From the IMG/VR virus record IMGVR_UViG_3300012005_000007, positions 1 to 56,140 of that record: DNA of 56,140 bases; one strand, 5' to 3'. Below are positions 38,055 through 47,492 of this stretch, in pieces (position 1 is the first letter of the stretch; the number at the start of each line of letters is the position of its first letter). The position numbers and the translations under genes were made by a program. Under the pieces are notes generated by a model, which was not told the origin of the DNA, searched no databases, and was given only the letters and a program-made list of their open reading frames with translations. The DNA is from a virus (lineage: Duplodnaviria > Caudoviricetes).

Positions 38055-40208
38055 ATGAGAAAAATATTATTTATACTATTATTTATACCTTTTATACTAA
38101 AGGCACAAAATACTATAACATTACCTGGTGGTACAATACCATCTACTCCAACTTTTAGGTTACTAAACCCTACAGATACACTCAGTAGACAACTCTGGTT
38201 AAATTTCGGAACTACTTATGGTTACCAATGGTTTTATAGTGGAACAGTTATTCAACAAAAACTAAATTTAAAGATAAATAAATCAGATACCACTTCTTTA
38301 TTTGTACCATTTTTAAGAAAAAGTAACAACCTTTCAGACGTAGCTAATGCCGCAACAGCATTAAGTAACCTAAATGGAGTGTCATTGTTGGGTAGTTATT
38401 CTAACCCTGCATGGATAACCGCTTTAGCATGGAGTAAAATAACCAGCATCCCTACAACAGTTGCGGGATATGGTATTACAGATGTTTATACTAAAATACA
38501 ATCAGATGGATTATATGTACCCTACACTGGTGCAACAACAGATGTTGATTTAGGAATTAATGGTTTTTATGCAGGTAGTTCATCTATAGGCGGAAGCTGG
38601 GGAGGTTTAGCATCAGCAGGTTTATTTTATAATACTAATTCAGCAGGTACAGGATTAGACATTACAGGCGGTAGTGCTTCAACTTTTGCATTAAGGGTTC
38701 GTAACTACAATAATACAACTACCGCCATGAACCTACTTGGAAATGGTAATGTAATTTTTGGTGGTACACTAATAAGTCAAACACCATTAGGTACAGCAGG
38801 TACAGATAGTTTAGTTGTTAAGGTAGGAAGCACTAAAAAATATGGTGCTATTTCGGCTAATTACTATTACCCCCGTACCCACATCGATAGCGTTGTAGCG
38901 GGGTTGATACCGATTGCGCTTATTAATGGAATCACAAAGAATTATTACGACCCAACAAGTAGCATACAGGGGCAGTTGAATTACAAACTTAACATCAACG
39001 GCTCAAACGCTAATCAGGATGTTAATATTTATAATAATTCTTATAAAACTACAAAAGGTATCTTAATGGACACTACTTTTGTAGATGGCAGTAATGCCTA
39101 TCTTGAAGCCAATAAAACTGACTTTCTATACGATTTATTTAAACCGAGTACGTATGATATGAGTATGTATCTTACCCATAACTCGGTAAATATGAGTTAT
39201 ACTGAAACTATCGGAGCAAATACATTCGCTTATAATCTAAATGCTCAAAACCATAGGGTAGCTTTAGATTATAATAAGAATAGTCTGTATTCATACTTTT
39301 CTATTGATACACTAGGGCTGCACGTAAAAGATACAACGTATCAGAGAGGCCCGGTAGGCACTGCTTACTATGGCGCAAACTATACCGATAATACCTATGT
39401 GCAAAAGAAATATGTAGTAGATAATTTCCCTCATTCTGTATTTATGACTCCCGCATCTGGCGACTTGTTAAAGTTCAATGGCACCAATTGGGTGAATTAT
39501 GCTTTTACAGCTAATTCACCACTTACGTATAATTCGGGTTTAGCTACTGTAGCTATTCAAATGGCCGGAGCAAGTCAGCCAGGGTATATATCGACAGTTG
39601 ATTGGAATACTTTTAATGGGAAATTATCAACAACGGGTAATGGCAGCGGGTTAACTAATTTAACAGCTGCTAATATAAGTGCAGGTACTGCTGGAATTAA
39701 TATTACGGGTAATGCAGCAACAGCTAGTAATTCTATTAATTCAAATGCTTTAAATGGATTTTCAGCTAATTTTCAGGCAACTACTTCTTCACCAGATTTT
39801 TTAGTTACAAGAACAGGTGGTTCAAGTGGTAGTTTAAGTTTAGTAAGTTCTGCCACTGTTCAGACTTGGTTAGGTTTAGGCTCTAATGCTTATACATCAA
39901 CTGCTTATTTGCCATCAAGTGGCTTTACCACATCTGCAATAAATACGCTTTATGGTTATACACCTGCTAATAGTGCTTATGTACCTATTCATGGTAATTA
40001 TACCAATACGCTAACGGGAGCAACGGTAATAAATGTAACCATAGGAAGTACAATGGGCAATTCAAGTTATTATACTAGTATAACCCCCAGAGATTTGATT
40101 ACTGCTGTTAATTATTATATATCAGCCCAAACAACAACATCATTTGCGGTAACATTTATAAGTGCGTTGACTGGAAGTGTAAGCTTTGATTGGAACGTAA
40201 TACCATAG
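38055..40208 (+). CDS. Putative fibre / receptor-binding protein with signal-peptide-like N-terminus
   Basis: NNLSDVANAATALSNL, PTTVAGYGITD, YVPYTGATTDVDLG and DWNTFNGK fibre repeats; MRKILFILLFIPFILKA-Q start. Confidence 0.7.
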   Translation: MRKILFILLFIPFILKAQNTITLPGGTIPSTPTFRLLNPTDTLSRQLWLNFGTTYGYQWFYSGTVIQQKLNLKINKSDTTSLFVPFLRKSNNLSDVANAATALSNLNGVSLLGSYSNPAWITALAWSKITSIPTTVAGYGITDVYTKIQSDGLYVPYTGATTDVDLGINGFYAGSSSIGGSWGGLASAGLFYNTNSAGTGLDITGGSASTFALRVRNYNNTTTAMNLLGNGNVIFGGTLISQTPLGTAGTDSLVVKVGSTKKYGAISANYYYPRTHIDSVVAGLIPIALINGITKNYYDPTSSIQGQLNYKLNINGSNANQDVNIYNNSYKTTKGILMDTTFVDGSNAYLEANKTDFLYDLFKPSTYDMSMYLTHNSVNMSYTETIGANTFAYNLNAQNHRVALDYNKNSLYSYFSIDTLGLHVKDTTYQRGPVGTAYYGANYTDNTYVQKKYVVDNFPHSVFMTPASGDLLKFNGTNWVNYAFTANSPLTYNSGLATVAIQMAGASQPGYISTVDWNTFNGKLSTTGNGSGLTNLTAANISAGTAGINITGNAATASNSINSNALNGFSANFQATTSSPDFLVTRTGGSSGSLSLVSSATVQTWLGLGSNAYTSTAYLPSSGFTTSAINTLYGYTPANSAYVPIHGNYTNTLTGATVINVTIGSTMGNSSYYTSITPRDLITAVNYYISAQTTTSFAVTFISALTGSVSFDWNVIP

Positions 40209-40211
40209 CTT

Positions 40212-40370
40212 ATGGAACGCCTAGCCGCAATCGAAGAATTGGAAGTTAAAATATCCAGATTGCGATTGGAGTTGGCTATAGCAGAAAATGAGGTAGTGAT
40301 GTTAAAGTTAAGCACAGAAGAAATACCAAAAAGCGTCATAATGGGGTGGCGAATAATAAATAATAAATGA
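40212..40370 (+). CDS. Small coiled-coil protein (possible fibre chaperone)
   Basis: Read manually: MERLAAIEELEVKISRLRLELAIAENE..., 52 aa. Confidence 0.5.
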   Translation: MERLAAIEELEVKISRLRLELAIAENEVVMLKLSTEEIPKSVIMGWRIINNK

Positions 40371-40441
40371 CTTGCAAAATAGAAAATACTGAAAGTTTTT
40401 AAGAAATACTTTTTTATATAAAAAATATTATATATTTATCC

Positions 40442-41212
40442 ATGCTTGTACCTTTTACTATTAATGTATCACCACTAGTTCAACAATATTCACTTTCTCG
40501 TGAACAAGTTGATACTATACTTGATAATGTAGTAAAGGGTGTTACCGCTCGTTATGCACAAGCTCTTGAAATAAATGTACAGAATAACTTACATTCCACT
40601 CGCCAAATTTTTTGTAATGCGATAAAAGTTATAGATTCAGGAAGGTTAATGGGTAGAGTAATGATTGATTATTCCAACAAGTTAGTTGAAAAATTGGAGG
40701 AAGGTTCAGGACCTTACGATTTAAAAGAATCCTTACTTTCTTCTCCAAAAGCAAAAATGTCAAAAGACGGAACTCGTTATATAACCGTTCCATTCCGTCA
40801 AGGAGTACCTGGAACAATTGGTGACTCAACTGCATTTTCTGGTACTATGCCTGAGGATATTTATGCAGTTGCAAAAAAAATGCAATCAAAACAATCATTG
40901 TCTTTTAATGATCTACCAAAAGATTACCAGCAATTACAGTCAAGAGAAAAAATAGTTAGTGGAGATACCGTATTTGAAAAATATGTACACCAATCACCTA
41001 TTTACCAAGGGTTAACAAAAACAACTGACCCTGTTACTTCTCAAAATAGTTATCATACATTTAGAAGAATATCAGATAAATCAAATCCAAATGCCTTTAT
41101 ACATCCAGGGTTTCAAGCACATGACTTTATGGGAAAAACATTACAGAGCTTTAGAATAGATGAAGTTGCAGGAAACTTAATAGATGCACAACTTGACCAA
41201 TTAGGACTATGA
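40442..41212 (+). CDS. Neck / tail-completion protein
   Basis: LEEGSGPYDLK, YITVPFR and TFRRISDKS..NAFIHPG motifs; synteny. Confidence 0.7.
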   Translation: MLVPFTINVSPLVQQYSLSREQVDTILDNVVKGVTARYAQALEINVQNNLHSTRQIFCNAIKVIDSGRLMGRVMIDYSNKLVEKLEEGSGPYDLKESLLSSPKAKMSKDGTRYITVPFRQGVPGTIGDSTAFSGTMPEDIYAVAKKMQSKQSLSFNDLPKDYQQLQSREKIVSGDTVFEKYVHQSPIYQGLTKTTDPVTSQNSYHTFRRISDKSNPNAFIHPGFQAHDFMGKTLQSFRIDEVAGNLIDAQLDQLGL

Positions 41213-41877
41213 GTTTGATAAAAATTCCAGAATACATATTACTTTCTACGGTCCGTATTATACTTAACTTTATTGCCTCTGATTATAACGGTGTTACTGA
41301 TAAAACACAGTCAGTTCTTTACCAATTAATAGGTGGACTACAAGTTGATAAATATGTATCTTTTGACCAAGCAGTTGCAATTTTTATAACAGCACAAACA
41401 GGACCAAGGGAAATAAATACAAATTTAATCTATAATATGGAACTAAACTCTGTTCCGTCTATTTATATTTCACTACCTTCAGAATCTTCTGGTCAAAATT
41501 CAATAGGAAATTCAGAAGGGTTCCAACCAAATATTTTAAACCAAGGTAATTATCAATCTGTATATACCCGCCGTTTTCAACCATCTTACCAAATTGTAAT
41601 TACTTCTGATAATTCAAACGAAGTAGTTATAATATACCACGTATTAAGAGCATTTTTAATATCACTAACTGCACAACTTGAATTCTTAGGACTACAAAAT
41701 TTGCAACTAAGTGGAAATGATATAGGACAAAATGGACAATTATCCCCTAACAGTTATTATAAAGGAATAAACTTATCATTCTTTTATGATACGTCTTCAA
41801 TGTCGCTTTATAAATATCCAATAATTACAGATATACTTGCAATTGGTACACCACTACCTGATCCACCAATAGTTTAA
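41209..41877 (+). CDS. Putative tail terminator protein
   Basis: Position before sheath; PSIYISLPSE and YQIVITSDN. Confidence 0.55.
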   Translation: MSLIKIPEYILLSTVRIILNFIASDYNGVTDKTQSVLYQLIGGLQVDKYVSFDQAVAIFITAQTGPREINTNLIYNMELNSVPSIYISLPSESSGQNSIGNSEGFQPNILNQGNYQSVYTRRFQPSYQIVITSDNSNEVVIIYHVLRAFLISLTAQLEFLGLQNLQLSGNDIGQNGQLSPNSYYKGINLSFFYDTSSMSLYKYPIITDILAIGTPLPDPPIV

Positions 41878-41958
41878 GGGTATGGGGAACCACTAGGGTT
41901 ATATCATTTATAGAAAATTTTGGTACAAAATTTAAAAAAATTATAAACAACAAAATAT

Positions 41959-42657
41959 ATGGAAGACATTTTAAAAAAGGGTAGAGGACACCGTGCAGAA
42001 ATTGGTGAAACTCGTATTCATGCAAACGGAAAATGGAAAAAAACAGGACCAGGTTCAAACGGTTGGACCCTCCTAAAAGATATTCACCGAGCAAAATCTG
42101 ATGGTCATGAAGCACACGTCCATACCGTAACTCCAGAAAAAGTTTACTTCCATGTTCATGATAAAGATGGAAATAAAGTTGCAAACGGAAAATTAAAACA
42201 TGAAGATTTTAGAGAAAACTATACACCTGTTCTAATTAATCATCCAACTATTGGTTCTGACTCTCATGTTCAAACCTACTTTATGGGACAAGATAACTTA
42301 CCAGTAGATACCTCAATTACTGAAGATGAGGACGAGGAAGGAGTATCTGATAATATCCGTCCACTTATTAATGATGATGACTTAGATGAGGTATTAGAAG
42401 ATGATCTGCCTGAAATAATTACAGATGAAGCTGATGAAGACGAATTAGAAGATGAGGCAATAAGTCCTTATAAATTAAATCTACAAACTGATACACTGGG
42501 ACGAGTAACCGGTTATACAATTGGATCACTAGTTCAATTTTTAACAGATGGTCGTAAAAAAGAAGGAAGGGTTGAAGATATTGCAGATAATGGAATATTA
42601 ACAGTGAGTACAGGAAATACAAACCATTACATATCCCCAATGAGGTTAGTAGGATAA
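41959..42657 (+). CDS. Tagged protein (AEIGETR tag, acidic linker, SH3-like C-terminus)
   Basis: LKK|GRGHRAEIGETRIHANGKWKKTG..NGW. Confidence 0.65.
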   Translation: MEDILKKGRGHRAEIGETRIHANGKWKKTGPGSNGWTLLKDIHRAKSDGHEAHVHTVTPEKVYFHVHDKDGNKVANGKLKHEDFRENYTPVLINHPTIGSDSHVQTYFMGQDNLPVDTSITEDEDEEGVSDNIRPLINDDDLDEVLEDDLPEIITDEADEDELEDEAISPYKLNLQTDTLGRVTGYTIGSLVQFLTDGRKKEGRVEDIADNGILTVSTGNTNHYISPMRLVG

Positions 42658-42668
42658 TAATAAAAATT

Positions 42669-42980
42669 ATGGAAGAAAATGATAAACCAGTTGAAAAAAC
42701 TGAAGAAGTAAAACCAGAAATACAAACAGATGAACAGATAAAGTCTGAGGTAGTAGAAGAAATAAAAAACTTACCAATTAAAGAGATTAAAAAGGTAGAA
42801 AAAATTATAAAAGAGGAAAAAATAATTACTGTAGTTATAACTCCTGAACCAGTTTATGATTTATTAACATATTTAGATCTTAAAAAAGTTCCAAAGAGTT
42901 CAAGATTATACTATTTCAAAAAATTTGGACAAAGAAGTAATCTAAACACTATTGATGAGTGGGATAAAATTACCTCATAA
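42669..42980 (+). CDS. Hypothetical protein
   Basis: 103-aa ORF before sheath. Confidence 0.65.
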   Translation: MEENDKPVEKTEEVKPEIQTDEQIKSEVVEEIKNLPIKEIKKVEKIIKEEKIITVVITPEPVYDLLTYLDLKKVPKSSRLYYFKKFGQRSNLNTIDEWDKITS

Positions 42981-42985
42981 TTAGG

Positions 42986-43022
42986 GTAGTTTTGGTTTCC
43001 AGGTCAACTTTTCATAATTTTA
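42986..43022 (+). promoter_or_regulatory. Bipartite promoter GTAGTTT-N22-TAATTTTA
   Basis: Exact consensus upstream of sheath. Confidence 0.75.
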
Positions 43023-43045
43023 TCATTATTAAAATCTAAGAAAAG

Positions 43046-45001
43046 TTGGCACAAAAAATTAATATAAACGGAACACTAATCAGTAAGCCCGGCGTTTACA
43101 GTTTAATAAAATCTGGAGTTAAAAATCCTTCAACTGCCTTACCTTATGGTAACTTATGTATAATTGATACAGGTTTTGGTACAGGTTGGGGTGGTGGATC
43201 AGGTATTAACGGTCAATTATCTCAAGGGTTAAACTCAATTTATAAACTTCAAACTCCTCAAGATTATTCTGCTTTTGTAAAGGGTGGAGAGTTGTGGAAT
43301 TTCACAAAACCACTTTGGACTCCATTTCAAAACCAACCAGGGGTAAACCAAATATATTTTATAAAGGCAGCAACAACTACTGCTGCAACTAAAACACTTA
43401 CTCTTTCTAATGGTACACTTGTTTTTACTGTACTTGATGAAGGCACAGTAGGTAATGGTGTACTAACATCTTCTAACCTAACAAACGGTTATGCAGTAAA
43501 ATTAACTGCAGGGGTAATTGATCCAACAAAATTCATAGTTACAATGTACCTTGGTACTTACCGTGGTTTTGACTCTACAAACGGTGTAGATTATTCGTCT
43601 TCCCCTGCAAATTCTGTACCACAGACTATTGTTACATCACCAGAATTTGCGACAATTGCAGATTTTAATACATGGGCACAGGTAACAAGTTCATTCTTAG
43701 ACTTATTTACACTTTCTGTAACTACCTCATCACTTACAACACCAACAGGACTAGTACTAACAGGTTCAGCAACTGGTGGAACACTTGCAGCTGCAACTTA
43801 TTATATAAAAATAACAGCACTGAATGAAAATGGTGAAACACTTGGTTCTACAGAATCAAACTATGTAGCATCTGGAACAACAAGTTCTATAGGGATTACC
43901 TGGACTGCAGTTGCAGGGGCAGCTTCTTATAATGTATATTATGGTACAGCGGCCGCAGGTGAAGACAAATATTATACGGTTACAACTAATAGTTATACAT
44001 TAGTAGACACAGCTGGTGGGGTATCAGGTACTGTACCAGTCGCAAATACAGCCACAGGAGGATCCTTCTCAACTGCAGATTTAACAACTGTTGCCGGTTA
44101 CAATTTATTTGCAGGTGGTACTGAAACTTATGGTGCTCAGGATCTTACTGATGCACTAAATTCTTGTGGTAATCTTGACAACCAATTTTTCTTAAGTTTA
44201 GAATCAGGTTCTGAAGCAACAAGTGCAAATAATTTTGCAATACTTGATTTTATAAATACAAACTTTACAAAGCTTGAACGCCAACTTGTAATTGCAGGTG
44301 GTTATAATAAATCAACCTTCACAGGAGTTAATAGTTCAATACTTGCAGCACAAACCTTTGACAGTCAGGATGTTATAATTGTCCATGGGGGTGTAAAAGT
44401 TACAAAAAAAGTTACCTCTGGCTACTATACATACTCACAATTATATAAAGCTGCAAATGTTATAGGAAGGATATGTGGACTGTTGCCTCAAAATCCCGTG
44501 ACCTTTAAGCAGCTTGGTTATAACGCAGAAATTCATAATTTGACAGATTTTGGGGTAGGATCTGAGGTTGAACAAGCACTTTCTGCAGGCGTATTAGTTA
44601 CAGGATTTGATTATGACTTAGGTTACATATCAGTAATATTAGGTTGTAATACATTACAAGAAAATAGTTTTCCTGTAAATGACTCGGGTACCTCATATCT
44701 TATACAAATAAGAAGGATCTGTTCATTCTTAAATAAGTCATTAGTAGTTTATTTAAAAGCTAAATTCTTTAGTGACCAATCACAAGGACCAAACAGGTCT
44801 ACTGTAAGTTCACCTGACTTAATTGATGCAGCAACTTCCTTTTTAGCAAGTAACGTTAGTTCAATATTAAATCCAGGTTTGATACAGTCATATAGTAATA
44901 TACAAGCTTCACTTCAAGGAACTGCATATTATTTATCTTATGACTTTACCCCAGATCAAGAAATTGATTTCGTGATTTCTACGGGGACTTTAGTAGAATA
45001 A
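43046..45001 (+). CDS. Tail sheath protein with Ig/Fn3-like insertion
   Basis: KPGVYS N-terminus, PVTFK, AGVLV, NTL and IRRI; insert PTGLVLT...YYIKITALN...WTAVAGAASYNVY. Confidence 0.88.
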   Translation: MAQKININGTLISKPGVYSLIKSGVKNPSTALPYGNLCIIDTGFGTGWGGGSGINGQLSQGLNSIYKLQTPQDYSAFVKGGELWNFTKPLWTPFQNQPGVNQIYFIKAATTTAATKTLTLSNGTLVFTVLDEGTVGNGVLTSSNLTNGYAVKLTAGVIDPTKFIVTMYLGTYRGFDSTNGVDYSSSPANSVPQTIVTSPEFATIADFNTWAQVTSSFLDLFTLSVTTSSLTTPTGLVLTGSATGGTLAAATYYIKITALNENGETLGSTESNYVASGTTSSIGITWTAVAGAASYNVYYGTAAAGEDKYYTVTTNSYTLVDTAGGVSGTVPVANTATGGSFSTADLTTVAGYNLFAGGTETYGAQDLTDALNSCGNLDNQFFLSLESGSEATSANNFAILDFINTNFTKLERQLVIAGGYNKSTFTGVNSSILAAQTFDSQDVIIVHGGVKVTKKVTSGYYTYSQLYKAANVIGRICGLLPQNPVTFKQLGYNAEIHNLTDFGVGSEVEQALSAGVLVTGFDYDLGYISVILGCNTLQENSFPVNDSGTSYLIQIRRICSFLNKSLVVYLKAKFFSDQSQGPNRSTVSSPDLIDAATSFLASNVSSILNPGLIQSYSNIQASLQGTAYYLSYDFTPDQEIDFVISTGTLVE

Positions 45002-45052
45002 TTAAAAAAATTAAATACAAACTGAAAAAACAAAAATTTTAAATATATAAAA

Positions 45053-45562
45053 ATGTCAACACCAAATAGTGTAACCACCGGTGCGGTGGCCTTAATTAAA
45101 GTTAATGGACGTGCGTGTGGGCTCGCAAAAAATGTCCGCATCCAGGAACAATTTTCTAGGGCTCAGGTGACCGGACTTGGGACAATAATTGCAAAAGAGG
45201 TTCCGGTAACAGCATTTAGTGGTTCACTTTCTTGTGATTACTACTTAATTGATTTCCAAAATGATGCCTTCCCTGAATCTATCAACAGAAAATTTAATAA
45301 TGTTGCATCTCAAGCATTAACAGGTGGTACTTCATTTGAAGACCAAATGGTCTTGCAAACAATAGGGTTTGACTTTGTAGTGTTCAGGCGCTTGCAAGAT
45401 TTAGTAGATCCTACAACCGGAGTCATAACTCCAAAAGTATCACCAATCTGTACTGCTCGTAATTGCTTTATAGAAAGTGATAGTTTAGATATATCAGAAG
45501 GCTCAATATCTGGTCGTTCCCAATCATTTAAATACCTTACCCCTATTACATATTCAGTTTAA
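45053..45562 (+). CDS. Tail tube protein
   Basis: Follows sheath; TGAVALIKVNG, VTGLG and SFKYL motifs. Confidence 0.85.
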   Translation: MSTPNSVTTGAVALIKVNGRACGLAKNVRIQEQFSRAQVTGLGTIIAKEVPVTAFSGSLSCDYYLIDFQNDAFPESINRKFNNVASQALTGGTSFEDQMVLQTIGFDFVVFRRLQDLVDPTTGVITPKVSPICTARNCFIESDSLDISEGSISGRSQSFKYLTPITYSV

Positions 45563-45595
45563 TATAATTTTTCTTTTGTTTTCATGGTTTGTTTG

Positions 45596-45629
45596 GTCGA
45601 GTATTTTAAAAAGATACTCGACTTTTTTT
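45596..45629 (+). terminator. Intrinsic terminator
   Basis: GTCGAGTAT/ATACTCGAC stem plus T7. Confidence 0.85.
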
Positions 45630-45635
45630 AAATTA

Positions 45636-45681
45636 TTTTCAAATAAATTTTAAAAGCTCAATTTTTCTTTGTATATTTACA
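45636..45681 (+). promoter_or_regulatory. Early-type promoter, copy 3
   Basis: TTTTCAAATAAATTTTAAAAGCTCA-N11-TATATTTACA. Confidence 0.8.
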
Positions 45682-45698
45682 TAAACAAAAAAGAAATC

Positions 45699-45863
45699 AT
45701 GGAAACTGTAACTTTTAAAAACAAAAAAGAATTTACTTCTTTTCAATATGAAAACATGGTATTTATACCAGGTAGGAAAACAACAAAAATTTTATTTCCC
45801 TTAACAATGAACCGTAAAAAAGGTGAAATGTGGAAAGTACCAAGTGAGAATCTTGTTCATTAA
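45699..45863 (+). CDS. Small hypothetical protein (54 aa)
   Basis: ATG 45699 lies downstream of the promoter; the track's 45669 start is inside the promoter. Confidence 0.6.
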   Translation: METVTFKNKKEFTSFQYENMVFIPGRKTTKILFPLTMNRKKGEMWKVPSENLVH

Positions 45864-45875
45864 CTTATAACTAAC

Positions 45876-46211
45876 ATGAAAACTCTTAAACGTGGTTCAA
45901 TCTGTTGGTTACACTTTCACAACATGGCTAAACCTGGTCATACACATTGTGGAGACTATGGTTACATTCAAGGTAATGTACCAGAACATTCTAAAAAAAT
46001 TGAGGATGGAGAATTATATGTAAAAGTTGCGATAAAAGATATATTTTATAGAGAAATAAATAATCATTCTTCTTTTACTTTTTCTATGGAAGTTATGAAT
46101 AAAGATAATACCTGTAGTTATGGAATTACAGTAACAGAACCTGAAAGATTAACAGAAATAACTTGGGAATATCCAGATAAAATTATGTGGTCTGTAAAAC
46201 AAAATTACTAA
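45876..46211 (+). CDS. Hypothetical protein
   Basis: 111-aa ORF. Confidence 0.7.
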   Translation: MKTLKRGSICWLHFHNMAKPGHTHCGDYGYIQGNVPEHSKKIEDGELYVKVAIKDIFYREINNHSSFTFSMEVMNKDNTCSYGITVTEPERLTEITWEYPDKIMWSVKQNY

Positions 46212-46212
46212 T

Positions 46213-46422
46213 ATGAAATACTGCTGGTTAGATTTAAATACAGGTGAGTTTTCAGGTTCTTGGACTCAAGAAACTCAAGATGAGTATATAAATGAGGTAA
46301 TTAAAGATAAGACCTCTGAAAGAAACTGGAAACTTATTCAGTTTAATTGTTTAAATGATGAAAATTTTGAGTTCCAAAATATTATGAAAATTGTTACTAA
46401 TACTAAAAATCTAAAAAAATGA
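46213..46422 (+). CDS. Hypothetical protein
   Basis: 69-aa ORF. Confidence 0.65.
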   Translation: MKYCWLDLNTGEFSGSWTQETQDEYINEVIKDKTSERNWKLIQFNCLNDENFEFQNIMKIVTNTKNLKK

Positions 46423-46676
46423 AAATACTTGAAACAGAAAACCTCAGAAAAACCGCAATGACAAGTTACTGAGTAATAATTATTAGTGGAGTAATTTCAG
46501 TAGTATTTGCATTTGAGAAAGATATATTTGGATATACTTTCTTAATTTTTATACCACTTTCTTTACTTGGAGGTATCGGAATAGTAACTTCTATGACCAA
46601 ACAGTTTAAAGAAGAAAAACAAAAAGCTATAAAAAAATTAGGTAAAAATACATTTGATAAACTAAATAAATTTTAA
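46419..46676 (+). pseudogene. Two-TM membrane protein gene interrupted by in-frame TGA (46470-46472)
   Basis: MKILETENLRKTAMTSY*VIIISGVISVVFAF...FIPLSLLGGIGIVTSM...KF; frame stays open after codon 18. Confidence 0.6.
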
Positions 46677-46699
46677 AAATCTTTTTTCTTTTTTTTGTT

Positions 46700-46736
46700 A
46701 ACCCAACTACTTTTAACCAGGTAGTTGGGTTTTTTG
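46700..46736 (+). terminator. Intrinsic terminator
   Basis: AACCCAACTAC/GTAGTTGGGTT stem plus T run. Confidence 0.8.
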
Positions 46737-46787
46737 TTTTCTAAAACTTTTTATACTTATTTTTACATTTCACAAAAAACCGATAAA

Positions 46788-47165
46788 ATGTCAAAAAAAG
46801 AAACCGAAAAACCGTTACCACAAAGTGAATTAGAGATCTCTTTTAAAGATCACAAGTACACTATAAAATTTCCAAACAGTGGACAATTTATAGACATCGA
46901 ATTATTGAAAAGTAATTTATCAGGAGGTTCTTATAAAAACCTGTTTGGATCAACAATCAGTGCACAATGGGCAAGATACTACATTGATACCGTTGCAACT
47001 TTTAATATCCTTGTACCCAATTTAATTGAGGATCTGAATACAGATTCTATACTTAATCTATCAATGACTGATTCCATACCACTTGTTAAGGAATTTAAAG
47101 ATAAATTTTTACCTTGGTACAATGAATGGCTTACTTTATTGACAGGACTTGGTGAGGAGGAGTAA
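46788..47165 (+). CDS. Tail assembly chaperone
   Basis: Between tube and tape measure; YTIKFPN...IDIE; ATG 46788 preferred. Confidence 0.65.
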   Translation: MSKKETEKPLPQSELEISFKDHKYTIKFPNSGQFIDIELLKSNLSGGSYKNLFGSTISAQWARYYIDTVATFNILVPNLIEDLNTDSILNLSMTDSIPLVKEFKDKFLPWYNEWLTLLTGLGEEE

Positions 47166-47168
47166 AGT

Positions 47169-47492
47169 GTGCTCTACCATAAAAATTTTAAGAGTCTAGT
47201 AATTTGGTGGAACAATACTTTCCCAGCTGATAAATGGTGGAGAGAAAAACATAATATTGCTTTTAATAGTCCACAGCACCGTGGAACCTCACAAATTGAT
47301 GTTTATTTTGAGTATATAGAATTCATAACATTTGAAAAATACTATGAAGACCAAAAGGTAAAGAAAATTGAGGAAGAGGAATTTAAAAAGGGTAATATAA
47401 TGAAGGAACAAATTGTTGATGATAGTAATATAGAGGAACTGTTTAAAAAAGCAGATTTCTCCTTCGTAAATTCAGGTATAAATATAGAGTAA
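47169..47492 (+). CDS. Second tail assembly chaperone-like protein
   Basis: WWREKHNIAFNSPQH motif; directly before tape measure. Confidence 0.6.
   Translation: MLYHKNFKSLVIWWNNTFPADKWWREKHNIAFNSPQHRGTSQIDVYFEYIEFITFEKYYEDQKVKKIEEEEFKKGNIMKEQIVDDSNIEELFKKADFSFVNSGINIE

Noticed and set aside
38055-40370. Diversity-generating retroelement targeting the fibre
   Set aside because: No reverse transcriptase and no template/variable repeat pair seen in the window.
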